Shown here piece after piece: positions 29,608 to 38,654 of a stretch of DNA of 64,000 bases (positions are counted from its first letter, which is position 1; each line of letters opens with the position of its first letter). Below the pieces are notes generated by a model. The model was not told where the DNA came from. It ran no database searches and worked only from the letters and a program-made list of their open reading frames with translations. The stretch is taken from NCBI GenBank assembly GCA_028718945.1, contig JAQUKT010000003.1:624-64623 (forward strand), read 5' to 3'. The stretch comes from Actinomycetota bacterium. Its GTDB lineage: Bacteria; Actinomycetota; Geothermincolia; Fen-727; JAQUKT01. The position numbers and the translations under genes are program-made.

Positions 29608-32382
29608 TTGCCGCCAGAGAAAGAGCTCAAGGGAAGTCTCAGAGATTTCAGTCTTCCAGATTTGTTTCAGTTGATACATTATGGAAGGAAAAGCGGTACC
29701 CTTAATTTAAGATACAATGATTTAAGGGGCTACGTTTGCTTCAGAAATGGCAAAGTTTTTTTTGCCACTCATAACTGGAAGCGACTTCCTCTCGGTAGAA
29801 GGCTCATCGAGTCCGAAACAATAACCGAAGACCAACTGGAGGAAGCCTTAGACCTCCAGAAGACAACACGAAGAGGTCAGCGTATTGGGGATATTCTCGT
29901 TGAGCTTGGATATTTGAGTCGAGAGTCCCTTGAGGTGTTTGTGGAAGAACAGATACGCGAGGCAGTTTTTCACCTCCTAAGATGGACCGAGGGGGAGTTC
30001 GAGTTCGACCCAAAACAGATTTTTCCGGAGGAGGACATTGGACTTTCAATGACTACTGAGGAACTGATAATGGAAGGCAGTCGCCGGCTTGATGAATGGG
30101 CAAAAATAGAAAAGAAGGTTCCTTCGCTCGAATCCATGTTTGAGTTGACCGGGATTGCGAAAAAAGATGAAGCCAATGAAAACCTGACCGACGAGGAGCG
30201 CCTTGTGCTCAACCATGTTAATGGTGAAAGCACTGTGCGGGATATGATCCAGAAATCCGGTTTAAGTGCACTGGCAACCTGCAAGGCTCTTTACGGGCTT
30301 GTGACAGCGGGTCTAATTTCGCTGAAGGGACAGAGGGCGCAAAGGGCGGCTCAAAGTGGTGGTCTGGAAGGTGAAATTGATAGATTCCAGGAGGAAACAA
30401 GAAGACCATCACCCGAAATTACCGAAAAGGCCAAAATCAGTTCGGAGACACGGATAGAAGAAAACGAAGAGATCCTTGAGGGGAAATCTGGTGTCGAAGA
30501 AATCGTGATAGGTGATGAAGAAATACATGTTGACAGAAGACGAAAAAGGTGGAAGAAAAAGCATGAGAAAGAGCCTGAAGTTGAGGTTGTAGAGGTTGAG
30601 GGTGGAGAGGAACCGGAGGAGGCGGAAGTCGGGAGTGAGGAAAAGTCATTGGAGAAAGTCAAGGAAGAAGAAGCTCCAGTAATTGTTCATGACGAGACAC
30701 TCGTTCCGGAACAGGTAGAAGAGAGTAAACCCTCTTCGGAGCAGAGCCTGGTTGACTACTACAAATCCCTGGCGATAAAAGAGGCATCTGATACTGAAAA
30801 GCTTGTTGCATTTCGCGAAACGGAGGAAAAATCAGAGAAAGAAAAGGTGGAAAGTAAACCGACTATTGAAGAGGAAGCCGCTCCCGTCAAGGAGATAGAG
30901 ATCCCAGAGTTTGAGGAACCAGAGGATGTTCCAATCGAATGGGCAAGTCATCTTTCAAGGTTGAAGGGAACAAGGGGAGTGAAATCAAAGGAAGTTCAAA
31001 AACCTATTGAGGTTGAGGCTTTGAAAGAAGAAGCGAAAGAGGAAGTAAACGAGGAGGTAGCTGAATCAAGAACAGAAGAGGCGCAAGAGGTTCCTGAAGC
31101 TGTTTCACGTTTCATGACTATAGAGCAGGAAGTGGAGGCACAGGCAACCGAGGAAGAAGGAATTTTCGGAGAGGTCACCGAGCTCGAGGAACCTTCGAAA
31201 ATCGAGACATCAAAACTGGAGCTGGCGTTAGGTGCCGAGGAAGTTTCGGGAATATCCGAAGAAGTCGAGGAAACAGCCTCAATGACTGCAATTGATGAGA
31301 TCGAGAGGTTAGTTGAGGGAGTGAAGGAAGGCAGGGGAGAAATTTCGCGCGAGGAACTTCTTACTTATGACCAGCCAACTTATCCTGATATTGGGGTTCG
31401 GCATGCTGAACCTATTGGGGAGGAAGAAAAGCCTTCGAAAGAAGTAGAAGTCGAAGAAGAACATGAGCGCATTGGAGGCAAGAAGAAAAAGCGGCTCGGA
31501 AAAGTTCTGAAATTTGTAAAGCCTGAGGAGGCTGAATTAGAGGAACATGAGTTAGAGGAACCTCTTATGTTTTCTGATGTCGAGCAGGTTGTCTTGTCTT
31601 CCAAGGAAGTGCTGGCATCTGCGCCTGTTCTCGACTTACCAATTATTGCTGAGCCAGAGGCAGGTTCCGAAGAGTCGCTTATTTCCGGAGGGGAGGTTAT
31701 CGAGGAGGAAGCCATTCCGCTTGTTGAGTCAGAATATGTGGTGGAGCCTTCAAGAGAGGTGATTGAAGAAACTCCTTCTGTTCCAGCCGAGATGATTGTG
31801 AGCGAAGAGCCTATGGAGGCTTCTATTCTTGAAGAAGAAGCAATCTCTGTCGAGGAAGTTTCAGAAGAGCAGGTTGAAGTAGCAAGGCCTTCCAGTGAGG
31901 TCAGGGTTGAAGAAGCCGAGACTGCCAGCGAGCAGTTTGATCTCGAAATGGAGGGAATGTCAGCGCTGAGAGAGCTATCGAGTGATAAGGCAGTCTTAGG
32001 GGGGGCAAAGCCCCTAATAGAGGAAGAAGAGGAAGAGCCTCCGCCGGAACCCGAAGTTTTAGAGAAGCCTATATCCGGACCCATGGAGGAAGAAGAGGAG
32101 GAGGAAGAAGAGGAAGAGGGTGTTTTCTCTCTCCAGGTTGGAGGGAGAAGGGGTGCGGGGACAAGCTTGATCGACCTTGAGACACTTGAACTCGAACAGG
32201 AACTTCTTGAGATTGCTGGCAGAAACAAAAAAAAGGAAGAAAGAAGACCTGTTCCAAAGGAGGTCAAGGAAGCGGAAGTGAAGAAGAAGGCAAAGAGAGG
32301 AGATCAAAACCTTAAGAAGCGGGGGGAAGAGAGTAACAAGGGTTCCATCAAGAAGGCGATTGACGACCTGAAAAAGAAATAG
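29608..32382 (+). CDS. DUF4388 domain protein with MshEN/T2SSE_N-like motif and ~600-aa polyacidic (Glu-rich) disordered C-terminus
   Basis: N-terminus FSLPDLFQLIHYGRKSGTLNL...GKVFFA...GEFEF (DUF4388) and ITEDQLEEALDLQKTTRRGQRIGDILVELGYLS (MshEN-like), then E/V/K low-complexity to residue 924. Confidence 0.7.
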   Translation: MPPEKELKGSLRDFSLPDLFQLIHYGRKSGTLNLRYNDLRGYVCFRNGKVFFATHNWKRLPLGRRLIESETITEDQLEEALDLQKTTRRGQRIGDILVELGYLSRESLEVFVEEQIREAVFHLLRWTEGEFEFDPKQIFPEEDIGLSMTTEELIMEGSRRLDEWAKIEKKVPSLESMFELTGIAKKDEANENLTDEERLVLNHVNGESTVRDMIQKSGLSALATCKALYGLVTAGLISLKGQRAQRAAQSGGLEGEIDRFQEETRRPSPEITEKAKISSETRIEENEEILEGKSGVEEIVIGDEEIHVDRRRKRWKKKHEKEPEVEVVEVEGGEEPEEAEVGSEEKSLEKVKEEEAPVIVHDETLVPEQVEESKPSSEQSLVDYYKSLAIKEASDTEKLVAFRETEEKSEKEKVESKPTIEEEAAPVKEIEIPEFEEPEDVPIEWASHLSRLKGTRGVKSKEVQKPIEVEALKEEAKEEVNEEVAESRTEEAQEVPEAVSRFMTIEQEVEAQATEEEGIFGEVTELEEPSKIETSKLELALGAEEVSGISEEVEETASMTAIDEIERLVEGVKEGRGEISREELLTYDQPTYPDIGVRHAEPIGEEEKPSKEVEVEEEHERIGGKKKKRLGKVLKFVKPEEAELEEHELEEPLMFSDVEQVVLSSKEVLASAPVLDLPIIAEPEAGSEESLISGGEVIEEEAIPLVESEYVVEPSREVIEETPSVPAEMIVSEEPMEASILEEEAISVEEVSEEQVEVARPSSEVRVEEAETASEQFDLEMEGMSALRELSSDKAVLGGAKPLIEEEEEEPPPEPEVLEKPISGPMEEEEEEEEEEEGVFSLQVGGRRGAGTSLIDLETLELEQELLEIAGRNKKKEERRPVPKEVKEAEVKKKAKRGDQNLKKRGEESNKGSIKKAIDDLKKK

Positions 32383-32388
32383 GAGGGT

Positions 32389-32931
32389 TTGATTTTGAAC
32401 AACAAGTTCAAAATTCTTGTGACGGGACCATATAACTCGGGGAAGACAACATTCATAGGAACAATAAGCGAAATTCAGGTTGTATCTACCGAAAAAAAAT
32501 TGAGGAGTGCTCAAGGAACTACAACTGTGGCAATGGACTATGGAAGAATAACGTTGAGTGATGGAGATGTTATTCACCTTTATGGGACACCGGGTCAGGA
32601 AAGATTTGATTTCATGTGGAGAATTCTTTCAAGGGGGATTCTCGGTTACGTTGTGCTTGTTGATGGAAGCGATCCGGGGGCTTTCGCTCAAGTCTCAAAA
32701 ATTATTGATGTTTTTTCTAAGATGACTGATGCCCCGTACGTTTTATGTTTGACCCGTGCCGATCTTAGGGATTGCGTCTCTTCGGAAGAGGCAAGAAGGT
32801 TTATTAGGGCTTCCGCTGATGTAGATATCCTCGAATGCAATGCGAAGAGTAGAGAGGATGTGAGGGATGTCATAGTGTCTCTTCTTGAAAGAGTCATTGA
32901 GAGTATGGAGGCTAAGTGTTTCGTTCCATAG
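32389..32931 (+). CDS. Small Ras-like GTPase, COG2229 (CvnD/MglA-related) type
   Basis: P-loop GPYNSGKTT, TTVAMDYGRI, LYGTPGQERFDFMW and VVLVD match Roadblock-associated COG2229 GTPases. Confidence 0.75.
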   Translation: MILNNKFKILVTGPYNSGKTTFIGTISEIQVVSTEKKLRSAQGTTTVAMDYGRITLSDGDVIHLYGTPGQERFDFMWRILSRGILGYVVLVDGSDPGAFAQVSKIIDVFSKMTDAPYVLCLTRADLRDCVSSEEARRFIRASADVDILECNAKSREDVRDVIVSLLERVIESMEAKCFVP

Positions 32932-33076
32932 ATACGGTGTCGTATAGAGAGAGCGTCGAGGTGCCGCTCCCGCAAGGCGCGCGACCAACGCGTACTTCTG
33001 TTGTACTCGGAGGGAGCGGAACGCTCTTCTGTGGATAGATCGGCGATTGAATGCAACCGTATTTATGGAATGGAGC
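32914..33076 (-). repeat. ~160-bp GC-rich element with 18-bp terminal inverted repeats, copy 1 (minus orientation)
   Basis: About 90% identical to the reverse complement of 48908-49067; TIR CCGTTCCATAAATACGGT / ACCGTATCTATGGAACGG. Confidence 0.8.
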
Positions 33077-33131
33077 ACTAAGGAAAACAGGATGACTTCA
33101 CTTCACGCTTGAATTCATAAAGAGGTGGAAG

Positions 33132-33998
33132 ATGAGGATCGATGGAAATACGAGACTTGTTGGTATCATAGGCAATCCTTTAGAGCACACCCTGTCGCCC
33201 GTGATACATAATGCAGCTTTCGACTACATGGGATTGAACTGGTGCTATGTCCCGCTTCCAGTTGAACATGATGAGATCGAGAAAGCGCTTGAAGGTATCA
33301 AGGTTTTTAGGTTTGCGGGTGTAAATGTGACAATGCCGTTCAAGACCGCGGTTCTTCCTTTTCTTGACGAGGTTGCAATGTTTGCTGAATCCGTCGGTGC
33401 GGTGAACACTATATTATTCGATAAGGACAAACTCATAGGTTACAACACGGATGGGCGCGGTTTCTATACTGCTTTGAGCCGCGATTTAGGTTATGATGTA
33501 AGGGGAAAGAAGGTCTTGATTCTCGGTGCTGGAGGAGCCGCAAGGAGCGTAACTATTTCACTCGCTGTTGCTGGTTGCTCGAGAATGGTCATTGTGAATC
33601 GCTCGAGCGAAAGGGCGAGGAGTCTTAAGGAAATAATAAGAAGAAGTTCTTCTGATGTTGAGGTGCAGTGTCTCACTCCCGAGGAAGACTATGACGTTCT
33701 TCTTGCAGATTCGGATTTGATAATAAACGCGACACCTGTTTTTTCTTTCGGGAAGTCTGGGTTGAGAATTCCTGTTGCCATGCTGAACAAAAGTCAGGTT
33801 GTGTGTGACCTCAATTATTCATCATACTATTCCCCTCTCCTCGAGGAAGCAGAGGCACGAGGCGCTACCGTCATGGATGGGAAAGGAATGTTGCTTTATC
33901 AGGCAGCGACAGCTTTTGAGATATGGACGGGGCTCGAGGCACCCGTTGAAGTAATGAGAGTAGCGCTTCTGAGGGCGCTCGATGAAGCACGTATTTGA
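33132..33998 (+). CDS. aroE: Shikimate dehydrogenase AroE
   Basis: LVGIIGNPLEHTLSP...NVTMPFK...GAGGAARS. Confidence 0.88.
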   Translation: MRIDGNTRLVGIIGNPLEHTLSPVIHNAAFDYMGLNWCYVPLPVEHDEIEKALEGIKVFRFAGVNVTMPFKTAVLPFLDEVAMFAESVGAVNTILFDKDKLIGYNTDGRGFYTALSRDLGYDVRGKKVLILGAGGAARSVTISLAVAGCSRMVIVNRSSERARSLKEIIRRSSSDVEVQCLTPEEDYDVLLADSDLIINATPVFSFGKSGLRIPVAMLNKSQVVCDLNYSSYYSPLLEEAEARGATVMDGKGMLLYQAATAFEIWTGLEAPVEVMRVALLRALDEARI

Positions 33999-34034
33999 TG
34001 GATCATGAGCATTTAGGCATGGATTTCAGGTGAC

Positions 34035-35732
34035 ATGATGGAAAAACCAAGGCAGGAAAGGCTCGGTCAACTCCTTCTGGAAAAGAACCTGATAACTGAT
34101 GATCAATTGAAGGAGGCATTGTCCGAGCACGAAGATACAGGAAAATCACTTGGAAGGGTTCTTATAGAAAAGGGAATGCTTACCGAAGGCCAACTTACAA
34201 GCGTTCTTGCTGAGCAGATTGGAATCAAATATATAGACCTCGATTCGTACCAGATTGACCCGGCTGCGGCTGTCCTGGTAGATGGAAATCTTGCGAGAAG
34301 ATACTCGGTTATGCCAATCGAGTTCGAAGACGGGAAATTAGTGGTCGCAATGTCCGACCCCACAAACGTTTTCGCACTCGACGATCTTCGGATAATGACC
34401 GGGATGGAGATTTTGCCTGTTGTGAGCACGAGGGACGAAATAAATGCGGCTATAGATAGATACATACATACGGATGTTGACCTCGAGGAAGTTCTCGAGG
34501 AAGTGCCTCTTCCGGAGGAGGTTGAGGAAGGCGAAACGGAGGAATTGAAGGAGGCAGCTGGGGAAGCTCCGATTGTCAAGTATGTCAATCTGATAATTGA
34601 TGAGGCTGTGAATGAAAACGCGAGCGATGTTCACATAGAACCCGGGGAGAAGGATGTGCGAATAAGATATCGCGTTGACGGCGTTCTTCATGAGGTTCGA
34701 AAGTCACCGAAGAGAATTCACCCAGGGCTTGTATCTCGAATCAAAATTCTTGCGAATATGAATATCGCTGAAAGGAGAGTCCCACAAGATGGTCGCTTTG
34801 CGATGACGGTGGGTAGCAAATTCATTGACTTGAGAGTGGCGAGTTTGCCAACTGTTTACGGAGAGAAAATCGTGCTTCGAATCCTTGACAGATCATCAAT
34901 ACTTATGAAACTCGAAGACCTTGGGATGGAGCCCGAGCCGCTGGAGGTATTTAAAAACGCTTTCAGGAGGCCATACGGAACGGTTATTGTTACCGGACCA
35001 ACAGGGTGTGGAAAAACAACCACTCTTTATGCGGCGCTTGCCGAACTCAACAAGCGCGAGGTGAACGTTATCACTGTTGAAGATCCGGTTGAATATCAGA
35101 TGGCTGGTTGCAATCAGGTTCAGGTGAACGCGAAAGTCGGGCTCACTTTCGCTGCGAGTTTGAGGTCTATTCTGAGGTGCGACCCCGACATAGTGATGAT
35201 TGGCGAGGTGCGTGACCCTGAGAGTGCCAAGATGGCAATCGAGTCAGCGCTTACAGGACACATGGTTCTCTGTACGCTGCACACAAATGACGCTCCCGCG
35301 GCGATGACAAGAATGACCGAGATGGGCGTTGAACCCTTCCTGATTTCTTCTGCGGTGGATGCCGTGGTCAGCCAGAGGCTTGCAAGGAAGCTGTGCAAGA
35401 GGTGCAAGGAAGAGACGACATATGACGCGGAATATCTCGAGAGCGTAGGGTTTCCGGTTGATGAAATGAAAGATGAAAAGGTTGTGCTTTACAGGGCGAA
35501 AAAGGGAGGTTGTCCTTTCTGCGCCGGGACCGGTTTCAGGGGAAGAATAGGGGTTTTCGAGGTTCTGCATGTAGATGAGGAAATAGAAAAACTTGTAGTC
35601 AGTCTTGCCACCGCGCGTGAAATAGGAAATGAAGCGCGAAAGAGGGGAATGAAGACTCTGAGGCAGGATGGTTTTATAAAGGTCAAGAATGGGATAACTT
35701 CCATTGAGGAAATCCTGCGTGTTATCATGTAG
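34035..35732 (+). CDS. pilB: Type IV pilus assembly ATPase PilB (GspE family) with tandem MshEN-type N-terminal motifs
   Basis: LGQLLLEKNLITDDQLKEAL and SLGRVLIEKGMLTEGQL N-terminal motifs, Walker A GPTGCGKTTTL, tetracysteine CKRCK...CPFCAGTG. Confidence 0.92.
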   Translation: MMEKPRQERLGQLLLEKNLITDDQLKEALSEHEDTGKSLGRVLIEKGMLTEGQLTSVLAEQIGIKYIDLDSYQIDPAAAVLVDGNLARRYSVMPIEFEDGKLVVAMSDPTNVFALDDLRIMTGMEILPVVSTRDEINAAIDRYIHTDVDLEEVLEEVPLPEEVEEGETEELKEAAGEAPIVKYVNLIIDEAVNENASDVHIEPGEKDVRIRYRVDGVLHEVRKSPKRIHPGLVSRIKILANMNIAERRVPQDGRFAMTVGSKFIDLRVASLPTVYGEKIVLRILDRSSILMKLEDLGMEPEPLEVFKNAFRRPYGTVIVTGPTGCGKTTTLYAALAELNKREVNVITVEDPVEYQMAGCNQVQVNAKVGLTFAASLRSILRCDPDIVMIGEVRDPESAKMAIESALTGHMVLCTLHTNDAPAAMTRMTEMGVEPFLISSAVDAVVSQRLARKLCKRCKEETTYDAEYLESVGFPVDEMKDEKVVLYRAKKGGCPFCAGTGFRGRIGVFEVLHVDEEIEKLVVSLATAREIGNEARKRGMKTLRQDGFIKVKNGITSIEEILRVIM

Positions 35733-35761
35733 AAGGTTTTATTGAGAAGCGGAGGTGAAAT

Positions 35762-36838
35762 GTGGCAAAGCAAGCGCTAAAAATTGATATCAATGAACTC
35801 TTGGAGGAGGTCATAAAAAGGGGTGCTTCCGACCTTCACGTTACGGTGGGCGTACCGCCCGTTCTTCGGATAAACGGTGTTCTTCAGAGGATGGACCTTC
35901 CCAAACTGACGAGTAACGATACAAGGGAGATGGTATATTCTATTCTTACCGCTCGTCAGAGAGAACAACTCGAGAGCAACCTCGAGTTTGACCTTTCCTA
36001 CTCGGTTCCTGGTAGCGCTCGCTTTCGCGTCAATGCATTCTTTCAGAGGAACTCTGTCGGAGCGGCATTCAGGATTATTCCCTACCGTATCAAGACCATC
36101 GAGGAGTTGAAACTGCCGCTCGTGATAAAAGAGTTTGCTCGCCTCCCAAGGGGGTTTGTGCTTGTTACCGGACCAACCGGTCAGGGGAAATCCACCACTC
36201 TTGCGGCGATAATTGACCTCATAAACTCAATCCGTGAAGAGCATATCATAACCATTGAGGACCCCATAGAATTCTTGCATCTTCACAAAAAGTGTATTGT
36301 CAACCAGCGGGAGGTCGGCTCTGATACGCACTCGTTCGCAAATGCCTTGAAATATGCCTTGCGTCAGGACCCTGATGTAATTCTCGTTGGTGAGATGAGA
36401 GACCTCGAGACGATTTCAACGGCTCTTACTGCCGCCGAGACAGGACACCTTGTCTTTGCGACTCTCCATACACAGGATTCTCCCCAGAGTATTGATCGAA
36501 TTGTTGATGTTTTCCCAACCTACCAGCAGTCGCAGGTACGGCTGCAGCTCGCGTCAACGATTCAGGCGATTGTTTCCCAGCAACTCGTTCCCACAAAGGA
36601 CAGACGCTCGAGAATCCCTGCGGTGGAGGTTATGATAGCGACTTCAGCAATCAGAAACATGATAAGGGATGCAAGGGTTCATCAGATATATTCCGCAATG
36701 CAGGCAGGCGGACAGCTCAGGATGCAGACAATGGACGCGTCTCTGGCAGCGCTATATCGGGCAGGCCAGATAGTATATGAGACGGGGCTTGCCAGGGCGC
36801 ACAACAAGGATGATTTCAGAAGATTGGTAGGTAGATAG
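35762..36838 (+). CDS. pilT: Twitching motility ATPase PilT
   Basis: ASDLHVTVGVPP, GPTGQGKSTT, AIRNMIRD; 358 aa. Confidence 0.9.
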   Translation: MAKQALKIDINELLEEVIKRGASDLHVTVGVPPVLRINGVLQRMDLPKLTSNDTREMVYSILTARQREQLESNLEFDLSYSVPGSARFRVNAFFQRNSVGAAFRIIPYRIKTIEELKLPLVIKEFARLPRGFVLVTGPTGQGKSTTLAAIIDLINSIREEHIITIEDPIEFLHLHKKCIVNQREVGSDTHSFANALKYALRQDPDVILVGEMRDLETISTALTAAETGHLVFATLHTQDSPQSIDRIVDVFPTYQQSQVRLQLASTIQAIVSQQLVPTKDRRSRIPAVEVMIATSAIRNMIRDARVHQIYSAMQAGGQLRMQTMDASLAALYRAGQIVYETGLARAHNKDDFRRLVGR

Positions 36839-36959
36839 ATAGGAATACTCATAAAATTTTGCTGCGTGGATTTTTTGAAATTTTTGTTACATTTGTAAAG
36901 AATTGATGTTATTATTAAGATCAAGGTAAAGAGTTCGATGATTTCGGGAGGTATGAGAG

Positions 36960-38177
36960 TTGGCAGAGTCTTTTACCTACACTGTAAGAGATAAGGCAGG
37001 CAGGGAAGTAACCGGCTCGCTCGAGGCAGAGTCAGCGGAAGTTCTTGCCGCGAAGCTCCGCCAAATGGGATATTTTGTTGTTTCGGTTGAACAGGTTAGA
37101 AAATCAATCGCGAAAAAGGAAATACACATCTTCGGCGTAAAGGTGAAAAGCGATGATTTGACCATATTCACCCGCCAGTTTGCCACCATGATAAACGCCG
37201 GTCTTCCACTCATAAAGTGCTTGAGCATACTTGCCCAGCAGACGGAATCATCAGCTCTTGCTGATATCATCATGGATTGCCAGAAAGAAGTGGAAGCGGG
37301 TCGTTCGTTATCAGAAGCTCTTGCCAAGCATCCGGAGGCATTTACTGACCTTTATGTGAGCATGGTTCGCGCGGGTGAACTTGGTGGTATGCTTGATGAT
37401 GTTCTCCTGAGAGTTGCAAATCAGCTCGAGCGTGACGCTGAAATCAAACGCAAGATAAAGTCAGCGATGACCTATCCAGTTGCCGTTCTTGGAATTTCCG
37501 TTCTGCTACTTACAATTATGATTATTTTTGTTGTCCCGAAATTTTCTTCAATGTTTGAGAACCTCGGCGCGAAACTACCGGGGTTCACACAGATGCTCGT
37601 TAATGTAAGCCACTTCGTGGGTGGATATGGAGGCTTGATAATACTTGCCTTCATTATTGGCTTTGTGATTGTCTATCGCAGATTCAAGGCGACCGAGCGG
37701 GGGAAGCTCACTTTAGATAGAATCAAACTACACCTTCCAGTTGTTGGAAATCTCTTTCACAAGACAGCAATGTCAAAGTTCTCGAGAACTCTTGGAACTC
37801 TGATTTCATCGGGTGTTCCGATACTCGGTGCTCTCGAGATAACGGGAGAAACAACAGGGAATATGGTTATTACCAAGGCGCTGGAGGAAGTGAGGTCTGG
37901 TGTCAAGGAAGGCGAAACAATAGCCGCTCCACTTGCTCAGGCTGAAGTCTTCCCGCCGATGGTCACCCAGATGATAGCGATTGGTGAGGAAACAGGAGCG
38001 CTTGATGTTATGCTCAGCAAGGTTAGCGATTTCTATGACAGTGAGGTGAACACGGCGGTTGACGGTCTCACATCAATGCTCGAGCCAGTACTCATAGTTT
38101 TCCTTGGTGGCACGGTTGGAACCGTTGTTGTTGCTCTATATATGCCGATATTCAGTATTGTCACCAAGATCAAATAG
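36960..38177 (+). CDS. pilC: Type IV pilus platform protein PilC (GspF family)
   Basis: Two GspF-type repeats with three TM segments; TTG start with SD GGGAGG. Confidence 0.9.
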   Translation: MAESFTYTVRDKAGREVTGSLEAESAEVLAAKLRQMGYFVVSVEQVRKSIAKKEIHIFGVKVKSDDLTIFTRQFATMINAGLPLIKCLSILAQQTESSALADIIMDCQKEVEAGRSLSEALAKHPEAFTDLYVSMVRAGELGGMLDDVLLRVANQLERDAEIKRKIKSAMTYPVAVLGISVLLLTIMIIFVVPKFSSMFENLGAKLPGFTQMLVNVSHFVGGYGGLIILAFIIGFVIVYRRFKATERGKLTLDRIKLHLPVVGNLFHKTAMSKFSRTLGTLISSGVPILGALEITGETTGNMVITKALEEVRSGVKEGETIAAPLAQAEVFPPMVTQMIAIGEETGALDVMLSKVSDFYDSEVNTAVDGLTSMLEPVLIVFLGGTVGTVVVALYMPIFSIVTKIK

Positions 38178-38251
38178 TGTTAAAGTGTTTTCGACTATTT
38201 GCCGAATATTAGAAAGAAATAAAGTTAGGATTGAAAGGAGGTGAAAGTCAA

Positions 38252-38596
38252 ATGAAGGTTATTCGCAGTAATAAAGGCTTCACGCTTATTGAACTTATGA
38301 TTGTAGTTCTTATCATTGCCATCCTGGTTGCGATAGCTGTGCCTGTCTATATAAACACTCAGGAAAACGCAAAGAAGAGAGCCTGTCAGGACAATGTGAG
38401 AACGGTGGACGGGCAGATACAGGCGTATCAGGCAAGTGAGCCAAATCAATCATATCCAGCCAATCTTGCCGCTCTTGTCACTGGTAAGTTCCTGAAAAGT
38501 ACTCCAATGTGCTCGAAGTCGGCGAGTGGAACATACGCTTGGATAACTGGTACTCCCCCTTACATATCCTGCACAGTCCATCCTCCGGTAGATTGA
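38252..38596 (+). CDS. pilA: Type IV (major) pilin PilA
   Basis: Class III signal MKVIRSNKG|FTLIELMIVVLIIAIL with Glu+5; SD AAAGGAGG. Confidence 0.85.
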   Translation: MKVIRSNKGFTLIELMIVVLIIAILVAIAVPVYINTQENAKKRACQDNVRTVDGQIQAYQASEPNQSYPANLAALVTGKFLKSTPMCSKSASGTYAWITGTPPYISCTVHPPVD

Positions 38597-38621
38597 TTAT
38601 TTTTGGTTCAGGCTTGAAGCT

Positions 38622-38652
38622 GGAGTCCTCAGATTTGAGGGCTCCTTTTTCA
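38622..38652. terminator. Bidirectional rho-independent terminator between pilA (+) and the convergent DUF2723 gene (-)
   Basis: Hairpin GGAGTCCTCA-gattt-GAGGGCTCC followed by TTTTT. Confidence 0.6.
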
Positions 38653-38654
38653 TA

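Noticed and set aside
32688-33078. ORF-track ORFs running through the 160-bp TIR element copies (32688..33078 and 32743..33078 on minus; 48783..49067 and 48925..49107 on plus).
   Set aside because: Their similar peptides (…RRSIHRRAFRSLRVQQKYA…) arise only because the DNA element is repeated. They overlap flanking real genes out of frame and have no start context. Treated as non-coding repeat sequence.
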